Shown here one piece after another: positions 1 to 9,162 of a DNA stretch of 64,000 nucleotides. This DNA comes from a virus: IMG/VR virus record IMGVR_UViG_3300042887_003609, positions 1 through 64,000 of that record. One strand, 5' to 3'. The notes beneath the pieces were generated by a model that did no database searches, had not been told where the DNA came from, and worked only from the letters and a program-made list of their open reading frames with translations. How positions within the stretch are numbered: the stretch's first letter is position 1; each line of letters starts with the position of its first letter. A program made the position numbers and the translations under genes.

Positions 1-2
1 AT

Positions 3-1112
3 TTTGGTTTAGGTGGTGTTCATGGTGCTAAAGGTGGTATATATGAAGCAAAAGAAGGCATGATAATCATGAGTTCAGATGTTACTTCATTCTATCCTAA
101 CCTGGCAATCAGAAATAAATGGGCCCCAGCACATATACCAAATGCTGCATTTTGTGATCAGTATGAATGGTTCTTTGAAGAAAGAAAGAAAATCCCTAAA
201 AAAGATCCTAAAAACTATGTATATAAAATTATTCTAAACAGTACTTATGGTTTAAGTAATGATGAGAATAGTTTCTTGTATGATCCGGAACTTACAATGA
301 AAATTACAATTAACGGTCAGTTGTCACTGATGATGTTATATGAAATGTTAAGTGAAGGTATTCCTGGATCACTACCTATCATGCAAAATACAGATGGTTT
401 AGAAATGATGATTCCTGAACATATGAAAGATAAATATCTTGAAATATGTAAAGAATGGGAAATAATGACTAAACTAGAGTTAGAGCATGATCAGTATCAA
501 AAAATGATTATTGGTGATGTAAATAATTACATTGGTGTTAATACTTATAGAGAAATAAGTGCAGAAAAATATGAAGAACTAATAAAAAGTAAACCTGAAT
601 ATTTATATATTCATAAATCAAATAGATTTTTATATGCACCTACAAAGTGTAAGGGTAGATTTGAGTTTACAGATCTTGCCATGCACAAAAATAAATCCTT
701 TCTTGTTATTAGAAAGGCCCTTTATGATTTCTTTGTAAGAGGTGTTGATGTAAAAAAGTTTATAGAAAATCATACTAACACATTTGACTTTTGTGGTGGT
801 GTAAAAATAAAAGGTAGTTGGAAGTTCTATGAGACATGTCTTCTAGAAGGTAGTATACATAAAACTCCTTTACCTAAAATAATCAGATATTATATTTCTA
901 ATAAAGGTTGTAAGATTACTAAAGAAAACGTGGATGGTAGAATCATTCAAGTGGAAGCAGGTAAATGGTTACAAAAGACTTTAAATAAATATTCTGGTGA
1001 AACCCCGCAAGATTTAGATATCAATTATGATTACTATATTCAAGCAGCAGAAAGAGAAATAAAAAATATTGAACCTGAACTAATGAGTTACCGGCAGTAT
1101 ATACTTTTTTAA
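3..1112 (+). CDS. Family B DNA polymerase, C-terminal part (5' truncated by window edge)
   Basis: Frame open from base 3 (FGLGGVHGA). Motif A DVTSFYP, motif B KIILNSTYG, motif C NTDG; DVNNY and KCKGRF are typical of crAss-like PolB. Confidence 0.93.
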   Translation, partial: FGLGGVHGAKGGIYEAKEGMIIMSSDVTSFYPNLAIRNKWAPAHIPNAAFCDQYEWFFEERKKIPKKDPKNYVYKIILNSTYGLSNDENSFLYDPELTMKITINGQLSLMMLYEMLSEGIPGSLPIMQNTDGLEMMIPEHMKDKYLEICKEWEIMTKLELEHDQYQKMIIGDVNNYIGVNTYREISAEKYEELIKSKPEYLYIHKSNRFLYAPTKCKGRFEFTDLAMHKNKSFLVIRKALYDFFVRGVDVKKFIENHTNTFDFCGGVKIKGSWKFYETCLLEGSIHKTPLPKIIRYYISNKGCKITKENVDGRIIQVEAGKWLQKTLNKYSGETPQDLDINYDYYIQAAEREIKNIEPELMSYRQYILF

Positions 1113-1125
1113 TATACTGTCGGTA
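1089..1125 (+). terminator. 14-bp hairpin overlapping the polymerase stop codon
   Basis: TACCGGCAGTATAT (1089-1102) pairs with ATATACTGTCGGTA (1112-1125) with one G-U; T-run shortly after. Confidence 0.5.
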
Positions 1126-1142
1126 TACACTTTTTAAAAACT

Positions 1143-1433
1143 ATGGATGATCAAACATTAATTGCAAGTCTTAGAAATGACTTAAGCAAACTAGAAAAAC
1201 AAATTGCTATACAAAATACAGATATGGTTTCTATGCATACAAGTATAGAAAACCTAAAATCACTACATAGAAGTCATATTGTAGAAGAAGAAAACAAATA
1301 TTTTTTATTAAAAAATACTTTTATAGAATTATTAAATACTTATATAGTATTGAAGGCTAGAGCTTTAGATATAAGTGAAAAAAATTTAAAGCAAGAAAAC
1401 TATGAATGGTATGAAAAAAGTGGAATCATATAG
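1143..1433 (+). CDS. Hypothetical coiled-coil protein
   Basis: 96-aa ORF with heptad-like Leu pattern and A-rich upstream region. Confidence 0.7.
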   Translation: MDDQTLIASLRNDLSKLEKQIAIQNTDMVSMHTSIENLKSLHRSHIVEEENKYFLLKNTFIELLNTYIVLKARALDISEKNLKQENYEWYEKSGII

Positions 1434-1443
1434 AAATTTTATA

Positions 1444-1545
1444 TATATTTGTATGTCTGATCTGTTATTCTGTATTCTGTTATTTGTTTAGTTTTCATTT
1501 TTTTAATTAGGGAAAAGGGGGTTAGGAAACTAATCCCCTTTTTTT
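1444..1545 (+). ncRNA. Candidate small RNA 1 (promoter, U-rich body, terminator)
   Basis: Bacteroidota -7 element TATATTTG at 1444-1451, about 60 nt U-rich body, GAAA-tetraloop terminator. Confidence 0.45.
1513..1545 (+). terminator. Intrinsic terminator, possibly bidirectional
   Basis: AAAAGGGGGTTAG-GAAA-CTAATCCCCTTTTTTT. Confidence 0.85.
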
Positions 1546-1556
1546 AATAGTACAGT

Positions 1557-2168
1557 ATGGTAAATAATAATATACCTTTTTTTAAAGCACTGGTAAAACG
1601 TTCATACTTTACAAAGTATGAACAAGATACTGAATATGATAATGTTTATGTATTTGCAATACAAAGCATTGGTGGAAAAATACTAACATTTCACGTAATG
1701 ACAGACTATGGTATGCTTAGATCTAGAGTGCCATTAAGTGAAATTTATTTGAAAGAACCTGTTAATGATATACCTTTTCATTTTAAACAACTATGGGATT
1801 GCTTTAGTGAAAACGTAAGTGTAATACACTATGATTTTTTAAGTGAAAATAGATGTCAAGTTATACTAAAAGATAAAACTGTAGTTTGGGCAAACTATCT
1901 TTTTACAGTGGATTGGCATAACAATCCATATAGTGATGAACCAAGTGACTATAAATGTGGACACATTTTAGTTAGTGAAGATGGTTATCTACTATGCATG
2001 CCCAATAATAGAATCTATTGGAAAGATTCTAACTGGATAACTAAAAAGTTTCCTGTTGATCCAAAACAAATAAAAGTTGACACAGATCTACCAAGTGTAG
2101 AAAACCAAAGTGATAGATGGGTATCAGAAGATACTGACAGCTATTACTATGACATAGTAAACGATTAA
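1557..2168 (+). CDS. Phage hypothetical protein
   Basis: 203-aa ORF; QLWDCFS and YLFTVDW motifs recalled from uncharacterised phage proteins. Confidence 0.75.
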   Translation: MVNNNIPFFKALVKRSYFTKYEQDTEYDNVYVFAIQSIGGKILTFHVMTDYGMLRSRVPLSEIYLKEPVNDIPFHFKQLWDCFSENVSVIHYDFLSENRCQVILKDKTVVWANYLFTVDWHNNPYSDEPSDYKCGHILVSEDGYLLCMPNNRIYWKDSNWITKKFPVDPKQIKVDTDLPSVENQSDRWVSEDTDSYYYDIVND

Positions 2169-2845
2169 TCAGCATAGAGTTTGTACACATCCAAAATAGG
2201 TTGTACAATTTCATGTCTATGATTCTGATTTAAAGTAACAATTCTAAAACCAGGTACAGATTCTTCTACTCTTCTCAAAAAAGATAAACCTGAAACCTTT
2301 TTATTCTTAAGATCTATTTGTGCAATATCACCACACAGAACCATTTTAGAATCTCTACCTAGTCTTCCTAATAAACTTTCCATTTGAGAATGAGTTAAGT
2401 TCTGAACTTCATCAGCAATAATAAAAGAGTTTACAAACGTAATACCTCTTATATAACTCATTGGAAGAATTTGAATATTACCTTCTTCAAGTTCTTTATC
2501 AATCTTCTCTTTACCATAAAGACTATAAAAGTTTTGATAGATTGGTTGTAACCAAGGATCCATTTTTTCTTTAATATCTCCAGGAAGAAATCCAATATCT
2601 TCTTGTGTAACAGTAGGTCTAGTAATAATTACCTTATCTACTTCTCTAGAAAATAATTGATCTAAAGCTATTTGACAGGATAATAATGTCTTCCCACTAC
2701 CGGCCTGCCCTGTAAGAACAGTGATAGGGTTGTCAAGAATAATTGCTTTAGCTTGTTTTTGTTCTTCATTAAGTTGTAGCTTAAATGTAATAGGATTTTT
2801 TGGTTTTCTTTTGGTTTTAAAAACCTCTTCAGGATTAGTAGTCAT
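2165..2845 (-). CDS. phoH: PhoH-family ATPase
   Basis: GQAGSGKT, ITRP, GFLPG, YIRG, DEVQN, GDIAQID motifs. Confidence 0.95.
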   Translation of the reverse strand: MTTNPEEVFKTKRKPKNPITFKLQLNEEQKQAKAIILDNPITVLTGQAGSGKTLLSCQIALDQLFSREVDKVIITRPTVTQEDIGFLPGDIKEKMDPWLQPIYQNFYSLYGKEKIDKELEEGNIQILPMSYIRGITFVNSFIIADEVQNLTHSQMESLLGRLGRDSKMVLCGDIAQIDLKNKKVSGLSFLRRVEESVPGFRIVTLNQNHRHEIVQPILDVYKLYAD

Positions 2846-2880
2846 TATAAGATATCTCCTACTTACAAGATACTAAATTT

Positions 2881-3414
2881 TTAGAAATTTTCATGCATCT
2901 TGCTTGCTACTACTCCTGATTGTTTATGATATTTACTTGTTGTTTTTTTATCATAAGATTCCATTATCTCTCCTTCTACGTACTCAAATTTAATTTGACA
3001 TATTTTCATATTAGGATATATCTTTAATGGTTTAATTACTCTCATTTCAAGAACAAGTGAACCTTCAAAGCCAGTATCAATAAAACCTGCACAAACATGT
3101 ATATCAAGCCCAAGTCTACCGAGACTAGACTTACCCATTACAGTTGCACAGATGTTTTCTTTTACACCTATTGTTTCATTACATGAATACAGATATAATT
3201 CATTAGGTTGTAAAATATAACCTTCTTCAGGAATATCAAATTCCTCTGTAAGATTATCACTCTTACAGTCTAGTATATCACCTATATACCTTTTACACTT
3301 TTTATTAAGTGTAAGGTCTACAGTGTTAGGATTTAAATACTTTGTGTTAAAAGGTTTAATTACAATCTTGCCTAGATTAACATTTAATACGATTTCTGAA
3401 TCTGATAATATCAT
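2881..3414 (-). CDS. dcd: dCTP deaminase
   Basis: MILSD start, NPNTVDLTL, GKSSLGRLG, GFIDTGFEG, ICQI motifs. Confidence 0.92.
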   Translation of the reverse strand: MILSDSEIVLNVNLGKIVIKPFNTKYLNPNTVDLTLNKKCKRYIGDILDCKSDNLTEEFDIPEEGYILQPNELYLYSCNETIGVKENICATVMGKSSLGRLGLDIHVCAGFIDTGFEGSLVLEMRVIKPLKIYPNMKICQIKFEYVEGEIMESYDKKTTSKYHKQSGVVASKMHENF

Positions 3415-3418
3415 GCAA

Positions 3419-3446
3419 CAAAGTTAAATATTATTTTATAACTTTG
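3419..3446. promoter_or_regulatory. Back-to-back host-type (TAnnTTTG) promoters for dcd and the glycosyltransferase island
   Basis: CAAAGTTA (3419-3426) and TAACTTTG (3439-3446) form an inverted pair; each ends 4 nt before an ATG. Confidence 0.75.
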
Positions 3447-3450
3447 AAAG

Positions 3451-4071
3451 ATGAAAGCTAAAGTTGCGTTATGCATTCCTACAATAAATAGAGCAGATTT
3501 GTTAAACAATGCACTAGAAAAATACATAAGTAATTGGGATAGAGTATATATACAGGATAATGGTAATCAGAATATAATGATTCATCCTAAAGTAAAAGTT
3601 TTAAAATCAGCTAGTAATCTTGGTGTATCCGGTTCTTGGAATAATTTAGCAATAACATGTTTTAATTTAGGATATACACATGTAGCTCTTTGTAATGATG
3701 ATGTAGAATGGTATAAAACACAAGCTGAAGTAGAAGAATATATTAATAATAACCCAACTGATTTTTATGTTGGAACTGGTACCTGGTGTAATTTTATTTT
3801 ACCTAAAGATACTCTTGTTAAAGTAGGACTTTTTGATGAGCAGTTTTTTCCGGCTTATTTTGAAGATAATGATTATTGCTATAGAATGAGATTACTAGAA
3901 TTAGAAAGGATAAATGATGAATTTTTTAATCCTGAATTATTTAGAAACAGTCAAACCATAGCAAGAGACAGTAGTCTTAATACAAACTTTGATAGAAACA
4001 AAGAATTATTCAAACAAAAATGGGGAGGATATCCTCAACACGAAACATACAAAACACCTTATGGAAAATAA
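3451..4071 (+). CDS. GT2-family glycosyltransferase
   Basis: IPTINR, DNG, NLGVSGSWN, NDD, GLFDEQFFPAYFEDNDY. Confidence 0.92.
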   Translation: MKAKVALCIPTINRADLLNNALEKYISNWDRVYIQDNGNQNIMIHPKVKVLKSASNLGVSGSWNNLAITCFNLGYTHVALCNDDVEWYKTQAEVEEYINNNPTDFYVGTGTWCNFILPKDTLVKVGLFDEQFFPAYFEDNDYCYRMRLLELERINDEFFNPELFRNSQTIARDSSLNTNFDRNKELFKQKWGGYPQHETYKTPYGK

Positions 4072-4606
4072 TTTTTATCCAATGAGAGGGTCAATAGATC
4101 TTGTTCAAGGTCTAGTTGATTTATGCAATGCTGTATCTTATAGTTTAAACAGACCAACATATGATTTAAGTATATGTGAAATTGGTAGTTATATTGGAGA
4201 GAGCACTGAAATATTTGCAAGTAGATTTAGATTAGTCTATGCTATAGATCCCTGGATGGATGATTATGATCCAAATGATGCAGCTTGTCATCATGCACCT
4301 TTTAGTGAAGTAGAAAAAGCATTTGATGCAAGAATGGGTTTCTATCCTAATGTTATGAAAATAAAAGGTAAGAGTGAGGATATAATTCCTCAGTTACAAG
4401 TAAAGTTTGATGTGATATATATTGACGGCATGCATACATATGAAGCCGTGAGACAAGATATTATAAACAGTTATTCTAAAACTACTCTTGCAATTGCTGG
4501 TCATGATTATAGTAATGATTGGCCCGGAGTAATGAAAGCTGTAGATGAATTATTAGGTAAACCTAATTTTGTTTTTAAAGATAGTTCCTGGTTAAAAATA
4601 TTATGA
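4061..4606 (+). CDS. Class I SAM-dependent methyltransferase (Methyltransf_24-like); probable start ATG 4061
   Basis: EIGSYIGEST, AIDPW, IYIDGMHTY, GHDY; start overlaps end of the upstream GT2. Confidence 0.88.
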   Translation: MENNFYPMRGSIDLVQGLVDLCNAVSYSLNRPTYDLSICEIGSYIGESTEIFASRFRLVYAIDPWMDDYDPNDAACHHAPFSEVEKAFDARMGFYPNVMKIKGKSEDIIPQLQVKFDVIYIDGMHTYEAVRQDIINSYSKTTLAIAGHDYSNDWPGVMKAVDELLGKPNFVFKDSSWLKIL

Positions 4607-6456
4607 AACTAAGTATAATAACACCTTTTTCAAGAAAAGCAGAGTATCTTAATACTATTAATGATCATTTAGGTAAGTTAAGTTTAATAACACCTATTGA
4701 ATGGTTTATTATCTATCAGCATGATCTTGAAAATGAAATAGAAGAATGGAATATAAAATCTTCTAAATATGAAAATTTAATTGTTAAAACTGTAAAAGGA
4801 AAAACAGATGTTTCTTACTATGGTAACAGTTACAGAAACCAAGGTATAGAACTTGTAGAAGATTCTTGGGACAACTGGGTTTACTTTATTGATGATGATA
4901 ATACAATTCATCCTAATTTTGGAGATATAACTCCATTATTTGAAGTACTAGAAGAAAATGTTTTATTTTTTGGACAGATAAATCCTGATCAAACAATAAG
5001 ATTGATACCTACAGAAATAAAAGTAGGTAATATAGACACCGCCATGTTTGTTACTAGAGCTAAAACTCTAAAAAAATACACATGGAAAGAAGAGCATTAC
5101 ACTGCAGACGGAATACTTGCTGAAGAATTATATGCAAATGAAAAATGCAAAATAATTTATACTCCATATAGTTTTTATAACTATCAGCACAGTATTAGAT
5201 TCAATGATAAAATCAGACCCGCTAAAAGAATTTTAGCATATATGGATTTTGATAGTCATACAGGATTTGCAACTGTAGCTCATAATGTAATAGAAAGATT
5301 AATTCCCTGGTTGGTTGAAAATAATATTCAAGTAGATGTACTTGCTTTAAATTATGCAGACAAACCACATAGAAGATTTCATGATAACATAATGATCTTT
5401 AATCCGGGATACTTTGCTGATAATTTAGAAGATTACTATTACAGAGATGCTGTCTTAAAATTATTAAGACACGTTGATTATGATTTATATTGGGTAATGA
5501 ACGATGTACCTGTTGTTGGACCAATGGCGGAGCACATTAAACAGTTGCAAGCAAAAAAACAAATGCTTAAAGGCGGAAACTTAGTAAGTATATTCTACAC
5601 TCCTATTGATAGCATTCCTTATACAAGATATTTTAAACACTTGGATCTTTTTGATGATATAGTTACTTACACGGAATATGCTAAAAATCAATGCATTGCA
5701 GCATATAATAAGGTAAATAAAAATAAAAACATTAACTTTGATATAATAGGTCATGGTACAGATACTGATACTTTTAGACCTTTAACAAATAAAACAGAAC
5801 TAAGAAAAAAATATGATTTACCTGAAGACGCATTTATATTCGGTAGTTTCAACACTAATAGTCCAAGAAAAGACTTTGGAACATTGCTTATTGCTTATGC
5901 TTATTTTAAGCAACGACACCCAGATGTAAAATCAGTTTTATATTTACATACTGATCCTGATGCAAAGGATGGTGTAAGGTTACATGTTGCAGCTGAAAGA
6001 TTAGGATTTGAATATAATAAAGATGTATTGTTTCCAAGAATGACAGCTAAAGGTATGAAAAAATACACTAAGTATGAACTTAATGAATTATATAATACTC
6101 TAGATTGTTTTGTAACAACTACTACAGCAGAAGGTTGGGGACTTACAGTTACAGAAGCAATGTGTGTACAGTTACCTATTATATGTGGCAATCATACTTC
6201 TCTAACTGAAATTACTAATAATGGTGAGTTAGTTTATATTGTAAATGAAGTATATGATCATATACAAATAAATGATGCTGAAAACATAAGAGCTGTTCTA
6301 GATCCTGAAGCTGTCTATAAACAAATGTATCAAGTATATTTAGATACACAGTCCGGTATAGTTAAAAAAGACTACACTGAAAAAATAAAAGAATTTAATT
6401 GGGATACTATAGCTGAACAATGGAAAAATAAATTCAGTAAGTATCTTAAACTTTAA
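4603..6456 (+). CDS. GT2-GT4 fusion glycosyltransferase
   Basis: N-terminal SIITP and FIDDDN (GT-A); C-terminal TGFATV, RKD and EGWGLTVTEA (GT-B/GT4). Confidence 0.9.
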   Translation: MKLSIITPFSRKAEYLNTINDHLGKLSLITPIEWFIIYQHDLENEIEEWNIKSSKYENLIVKTVKGKTDVSYYGNSYRNQGIELVEDSWDNWVYFIDDDNTIHPNFGDITPLFEVLEENVLFFGQINPDQTIRLIPTEIKVGNIDTAMFVTRAKTLKKYTWKEEHYTADGILAEELYANEKCKIIYTPYSFYNYQHSIRFNDKIRPAKRILAYMDFDSHTGFATVAHNVIERLIPWLVENNIQVDVLALNYADKPHRRFHDNIMIFNPGYFADNLEDYYYRDAVLKLLRHVDYDLYWVMNDVPVVGPMAEHIKQLQAKKQMLKGGNLVSIFYTPIDSIPYTRYFKHLDLFDDIVTYTEYAKNQCIAAYNKVNKNKNINFDIIGHGTDTDTFRPLTNKTELRKKYDLPEDAFIFGSFNTNSPRKDFGTLLIAYAYFKQRHPDVKSVLYLHTDPDAKDGVRLHVAAERLGFEYNKDVLFPRMTAKGMKKYTKYELNELYNTLDCFVTTTTAEGWGLTVTEAMCVQLPIICGNHTSLTEITNNGELVYIVNEVYDHIQINDAENIRAVLDPEAVYKQMYQVYLDTQSGIVKKDYTEKIKEFNWDTIAEQWKNKFSKYLKL

Positions 6457-7136
6457 TATATTTTATACAGATTAAATATATCTGTATAAATAGAATTAGC
6501 TACTAAAGCATTACTCCATTTAGCAGTAACTTCTAGTGTATTATTAATAGTAGTATCAAAAGTAGTATTATTCAAATTTTTAAATCCTACATTTTCAGGA
6601 TTATTGTTTGAATTTTTATTATAAAAAAATCTACCTGCTGTTTTAATAACACCTACTCCAGGACCACCCAGTGCTCTTATTGTAAAATTAACATGTAATT
6701 CCCAATCTTTATTAGTAGTAGTTGGTAAAGTAATTAATCCTGTATCTGCTAATATTATTGAATCAGTTTTTATTTTTATTCTAATATTTTGATTATTAGA
6801 AGAACTTAAAGTACCTGAAAAAAAACATATAAAACTATCCCCTACTTTAAATGTATTTGCCGGAACTGTTAAAAAACCAACACCTCCATTTATTAAAGAA
6901 GTTTCAACTGTTGTATTTGTGATTGGAGTTGATGTACCAGTTTGAGCATACAAACCTGGGCTAGGTATAGTATTAGATATTAAATTATTTAATATCTGTA
7001 ATTGATCTTCAAGAGTTCTTAAATAATGAACTATATGTTTCCAATTGATTATTTCAATTGCTTTAATAGTAAATATTTGAATCTCCCTACGAAGTTCCCT
7101 TACTGTTTTTATTATATCAGAATAATTATAAGCCAT
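6453..7136 (-). CDS. Hypothetical, possibly structural, protein
   Basis: N-terminal helix followed by Thr/Asn-rich beta-type domain. Confidence 0.6.
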   Translation of the reverse strand: MAYNYSDIIKTVRELRREIQIFTIKAIEIINWKHIVHYLRTLEDQLQILNNLISNTIPSPGLYAQTGTSTPITNTTVETSLINGGVGFLTVPANTFKVGDSFICFFSGTLSSSNNQNIRIKIKTDSIILADTGLITLPTTTNKDWELHVNFTIRALGGPGVGVIKTAGRFFYNKNSNNNPENVGFKNLNNTTFDTTINNTLEVTAKWSNALVANSIYTDIFNLYKIY

Positions 7137-7273
7137 TAAAACTTTATTTCAAGAGTAGCCATACCTAAAAAGATTACAGCAACTGTTGTTTCATATTCTT
7201 CATCAGGATAAAAAAATTCCCATCCTAATGCAAATCTATTATGAGGCCAATGTAACTTTAGAATTACTGTCAT
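7136..7273 (-). CDS. Small 45-aa protein (not in ORF track)
   Basis: MTVILKLHWPHNRFALGWEFF...LEIKF; coupled by ATGA and TAATG overlaps on both sides. Confidence 0.75.
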   Translation of the reverse strand: MTVILKLHWPHNRFALGWEFFYPDEEYETTVAVIFLGMATLEIKF

Positions 7274-7413
7274 TTACCTTGACCTCTGTAGGTTTTTTTA
7301 TAATTTTTACTTTGCTTTAAACCACTTGATTTAGTTTTAGCATGTACACCGGGTCTGCTTACTTTTGCTTTTGGTTTAAAAGTAGCTGTTGCTGAGGTTT
7401 TAACTTTTGCCAT
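7270..7413 (-). CDS. Small basic 47-aa protein ending YRGQGK (not in ORF track)
   Basis: MAKVKTSATATFKPKAKVSRPGVHAKTKSSGLKQSKNYKKTYRGQGK; tightly packed between neighbours. Confidence 0.8.
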   Translation of the reverse strand: MAKVKTSATATFKPKAKVSRPGVHAKTKSSGLKQSKNYKKTYRGQGK

Positions 7414-7414
7414 T

Positions 7415-7834
7415 TTATCTTTCTCCTTTATGTTTATCTATAAGATCTAAAATTTTATTAAGCTGATCATTTTTAATGAAGCCTGACATTGATGCATTTT
7501 TAAGTGCACTTATTAATTCAAATATCATAAAAGGAACAATAATAGTTTCAGACAACCAACCTGTTCCTTTAAATCCTCTTTCAATCATTAATATAACTGT
7601 AAGAATAACTAACCAAGAAAATACATTCTTTAAAACTTTTATAGCTTTATAGGTTCTAAACCCTTCTTTTTTAATTCCGGCAATAACTCCAAAAAAACCA
7701 TCCATAAATATTACAGCAACAACTGCAAAATATTGTTCTATATTATCCATTGCAAGCTTACCAAAATAAGTGCAAACAAAAGTAATAGTAGTAGTAAGTG
7801 ATAATATAAGACCTAATGTACTCTTCATTTTCAT
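7415..7834 (-). CDS. Holin (Phage_holin_4_1-like)
   Basis: Several TM helices, D-x-x-x-G and ELISALKN patterns, adjacent to endolysin. Confidence 0.75.
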   Translation of the reverse strand: MKMKSTLGLILSLTTTITFVCTYFGKLAMDNIEQYFAVVAVIFMDGFFGVIAGIKKEGFRTYKAIKVLKNVFSWLVILTVILMIERGFKGTGWLSETIIVPFMIFELISALKNASMSGFIKNDQLNKILDLIDKHKGER

Positions 7835-8490
7835 AATGACTTTAACATTTCAATTAAACCAGGATGAGGATACACATCTGTTTTGTCAACTCTTACACTG
7901 TTGTGAGTGTAAACACCAGGTTCACCTTTAAGTGCTCTAGGTGTAACTTGCCAAATATCTTCATTATAATCTAAAGGAATATTATATCTATCATTCCATA
8001 ATAGCAATAATTCTTTAACTGATTTTATTTGAGCGTCAGTATAATTATGCCAATAAGTAAAATTTTTATATGGGGTATCAAGTTTAATTACTTGATCCTT
8101 TGGTACTTCTGAATTAACATATGTATAAAACTTACCATTTTTTTCAGTAAGCCAACCCCAATTACATATCTCTATACCTATAGAGATCTTATCTAAAGAT
8201 TGATAAGGCACTTTGTATTTAGTAAACACATCTTGTTTTAAACCTAAATGATAGGCCCAATGTTTGCTACTAAAACCTTGAACAATTTCACCATCTACAG
8301 AACCCTTTCCTGAAATTGCAACACAAGTAGCAATCTTATCAGCATTGGCATTCCAACCCTGGAATGTTCTTTGAGCACTTGAGTTACCTGCAGTGTGATG
8401 CAAATAAATTTGTTTTTTTGGATGCTCTTCTGCAATATATTGACTAGAAGAGAAATCTACTTTTGTGATTGGAGGTAGTGGGTATGCCAT
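7831..8490 (-). CDS. Endolysin, N-acetylmuramoyl-L-alanine amidase (Amidase_2)
   Basis: IYLHHTAG, WAYHLG, SIGIE, YTDAQI, THN...KTD zinc amidase motifs. Confidence 0.9.
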   Translation of the reverse strand: MAYPLPPITKVDFSSSQYIAEEHPKKQIYLHHTAGNSSAQRTFQGWNANADKIATCVAISGKGSVDGEIVQGFSSKHWAYHLGLKQDVFTKYKVPYQSLDKISIGIEICNWGWLTEKNGKFYTYVNSEVPKDQVIKLDTPYKNFTYWHNYTDAQIKSVKELLLLWNDRYNIPLDYNEDIWQVTPRALKGEPGVYTHNSVRVDKTDVYPHPGLIEMLKSL

Positions 8491-8867
8491 TAGTTAAGAG
8501 CTTTTAATATTTCAGCAAATGGAGCCGTTATTTTCATTTGTAAACCCGCTTCCCATCTTTTAGTTTCTTTACCTTCTTTATAAACAATTATTGTAGGAAG
8601 TGATTTTATTTTTAAATGTTCTTTTAATTTAGGATTTTTTTCTAAATCAATATAAATGTATTTTATGTTTTTAGGCATCTGAGGCATTTTATACTCATTT
8701 TGCTTATTCCATTCAGTATTAACTTGAACTAATGCAACAGGAACATGAACTTCTTTTGTAAATGTCATTGCTGAATGAGGTAAAGGTTGAGGTTGTGTAG
8801 ATTTTACAGAAACAAATCCTAAAGTACTAACCAATAATACCCCTAATGTAAATAAAGTCGCTTTCAT
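8490..8867 (-). CDS. Exported thioredoxin-fold protein lacking CxxC
   Basis: Signal-peptide-like N-terminus; NTEWN in place of WCxxC; IKSLPT cis-Pro loop; KEGKE. Confidence 0.7.
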   Translation of the reverse strand: MKATLFTLGVLLVSTLGFVSVKSTQPQPLPHSAMTFTKEVHVPVALVQVNTEWNKQNEYKMPQMPKNIKYIYIDLEKNPKLKEHLKIKSLPTIIVYKEGKETKRWEAGLQMKITAPFAEILKALN

Positions 8868-8870
8868 TTT

Positions 8871-9161
8871 TTATTTTTTTAATTGTTGAATTTCTTCTTT
8901 AAGTCTAATAATTTCTTGTCTAGCAAGTTCATCTTTCATTTCATACTCTTGTCTAGATGGAGGATAGGTTTCTTTTGCTGCAGGATCTGCTGGATCAACC
9001 ATATACATACCTTTACCAATTCTTGGCATGTTTTTAGCTTCATCTATTTCTCCCATTAACCAATAATGATATCCAATAGCACTAGATAGTATTGCTGCAA
9101 TACCCGCTAAAGTTTTTAAAGAAACTTTAAAAGAAAGATTCTCATTTAATTCTTGACTCAT
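8871..9161 (-). CDS. Single-TM membrane protein with C-terminal coiled coil; probable start 9161
   Basis: Hydrophobic helix TLAGIAAILSSAIGYHYWL; located in lysis cassette. Confidence 0.65.
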   Translation of the reverse strand: MSQELNENLSFKVSLKTLAGIAAILSSAIGYHYWLMGEIDEAKNMPRIGKGMYMVDPADPAAKETYPPSRQEYEMKDELARQEIIRLKEEIQQLKK

Positions 9162-9162
9162 A

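Noticed and set aside
3989-4060. Longer N-terminus of the methyltransferase from the ORF track
   Set aside because: Non-ATG start with long overlap into GT2; ATG 4061 gives normal coupling
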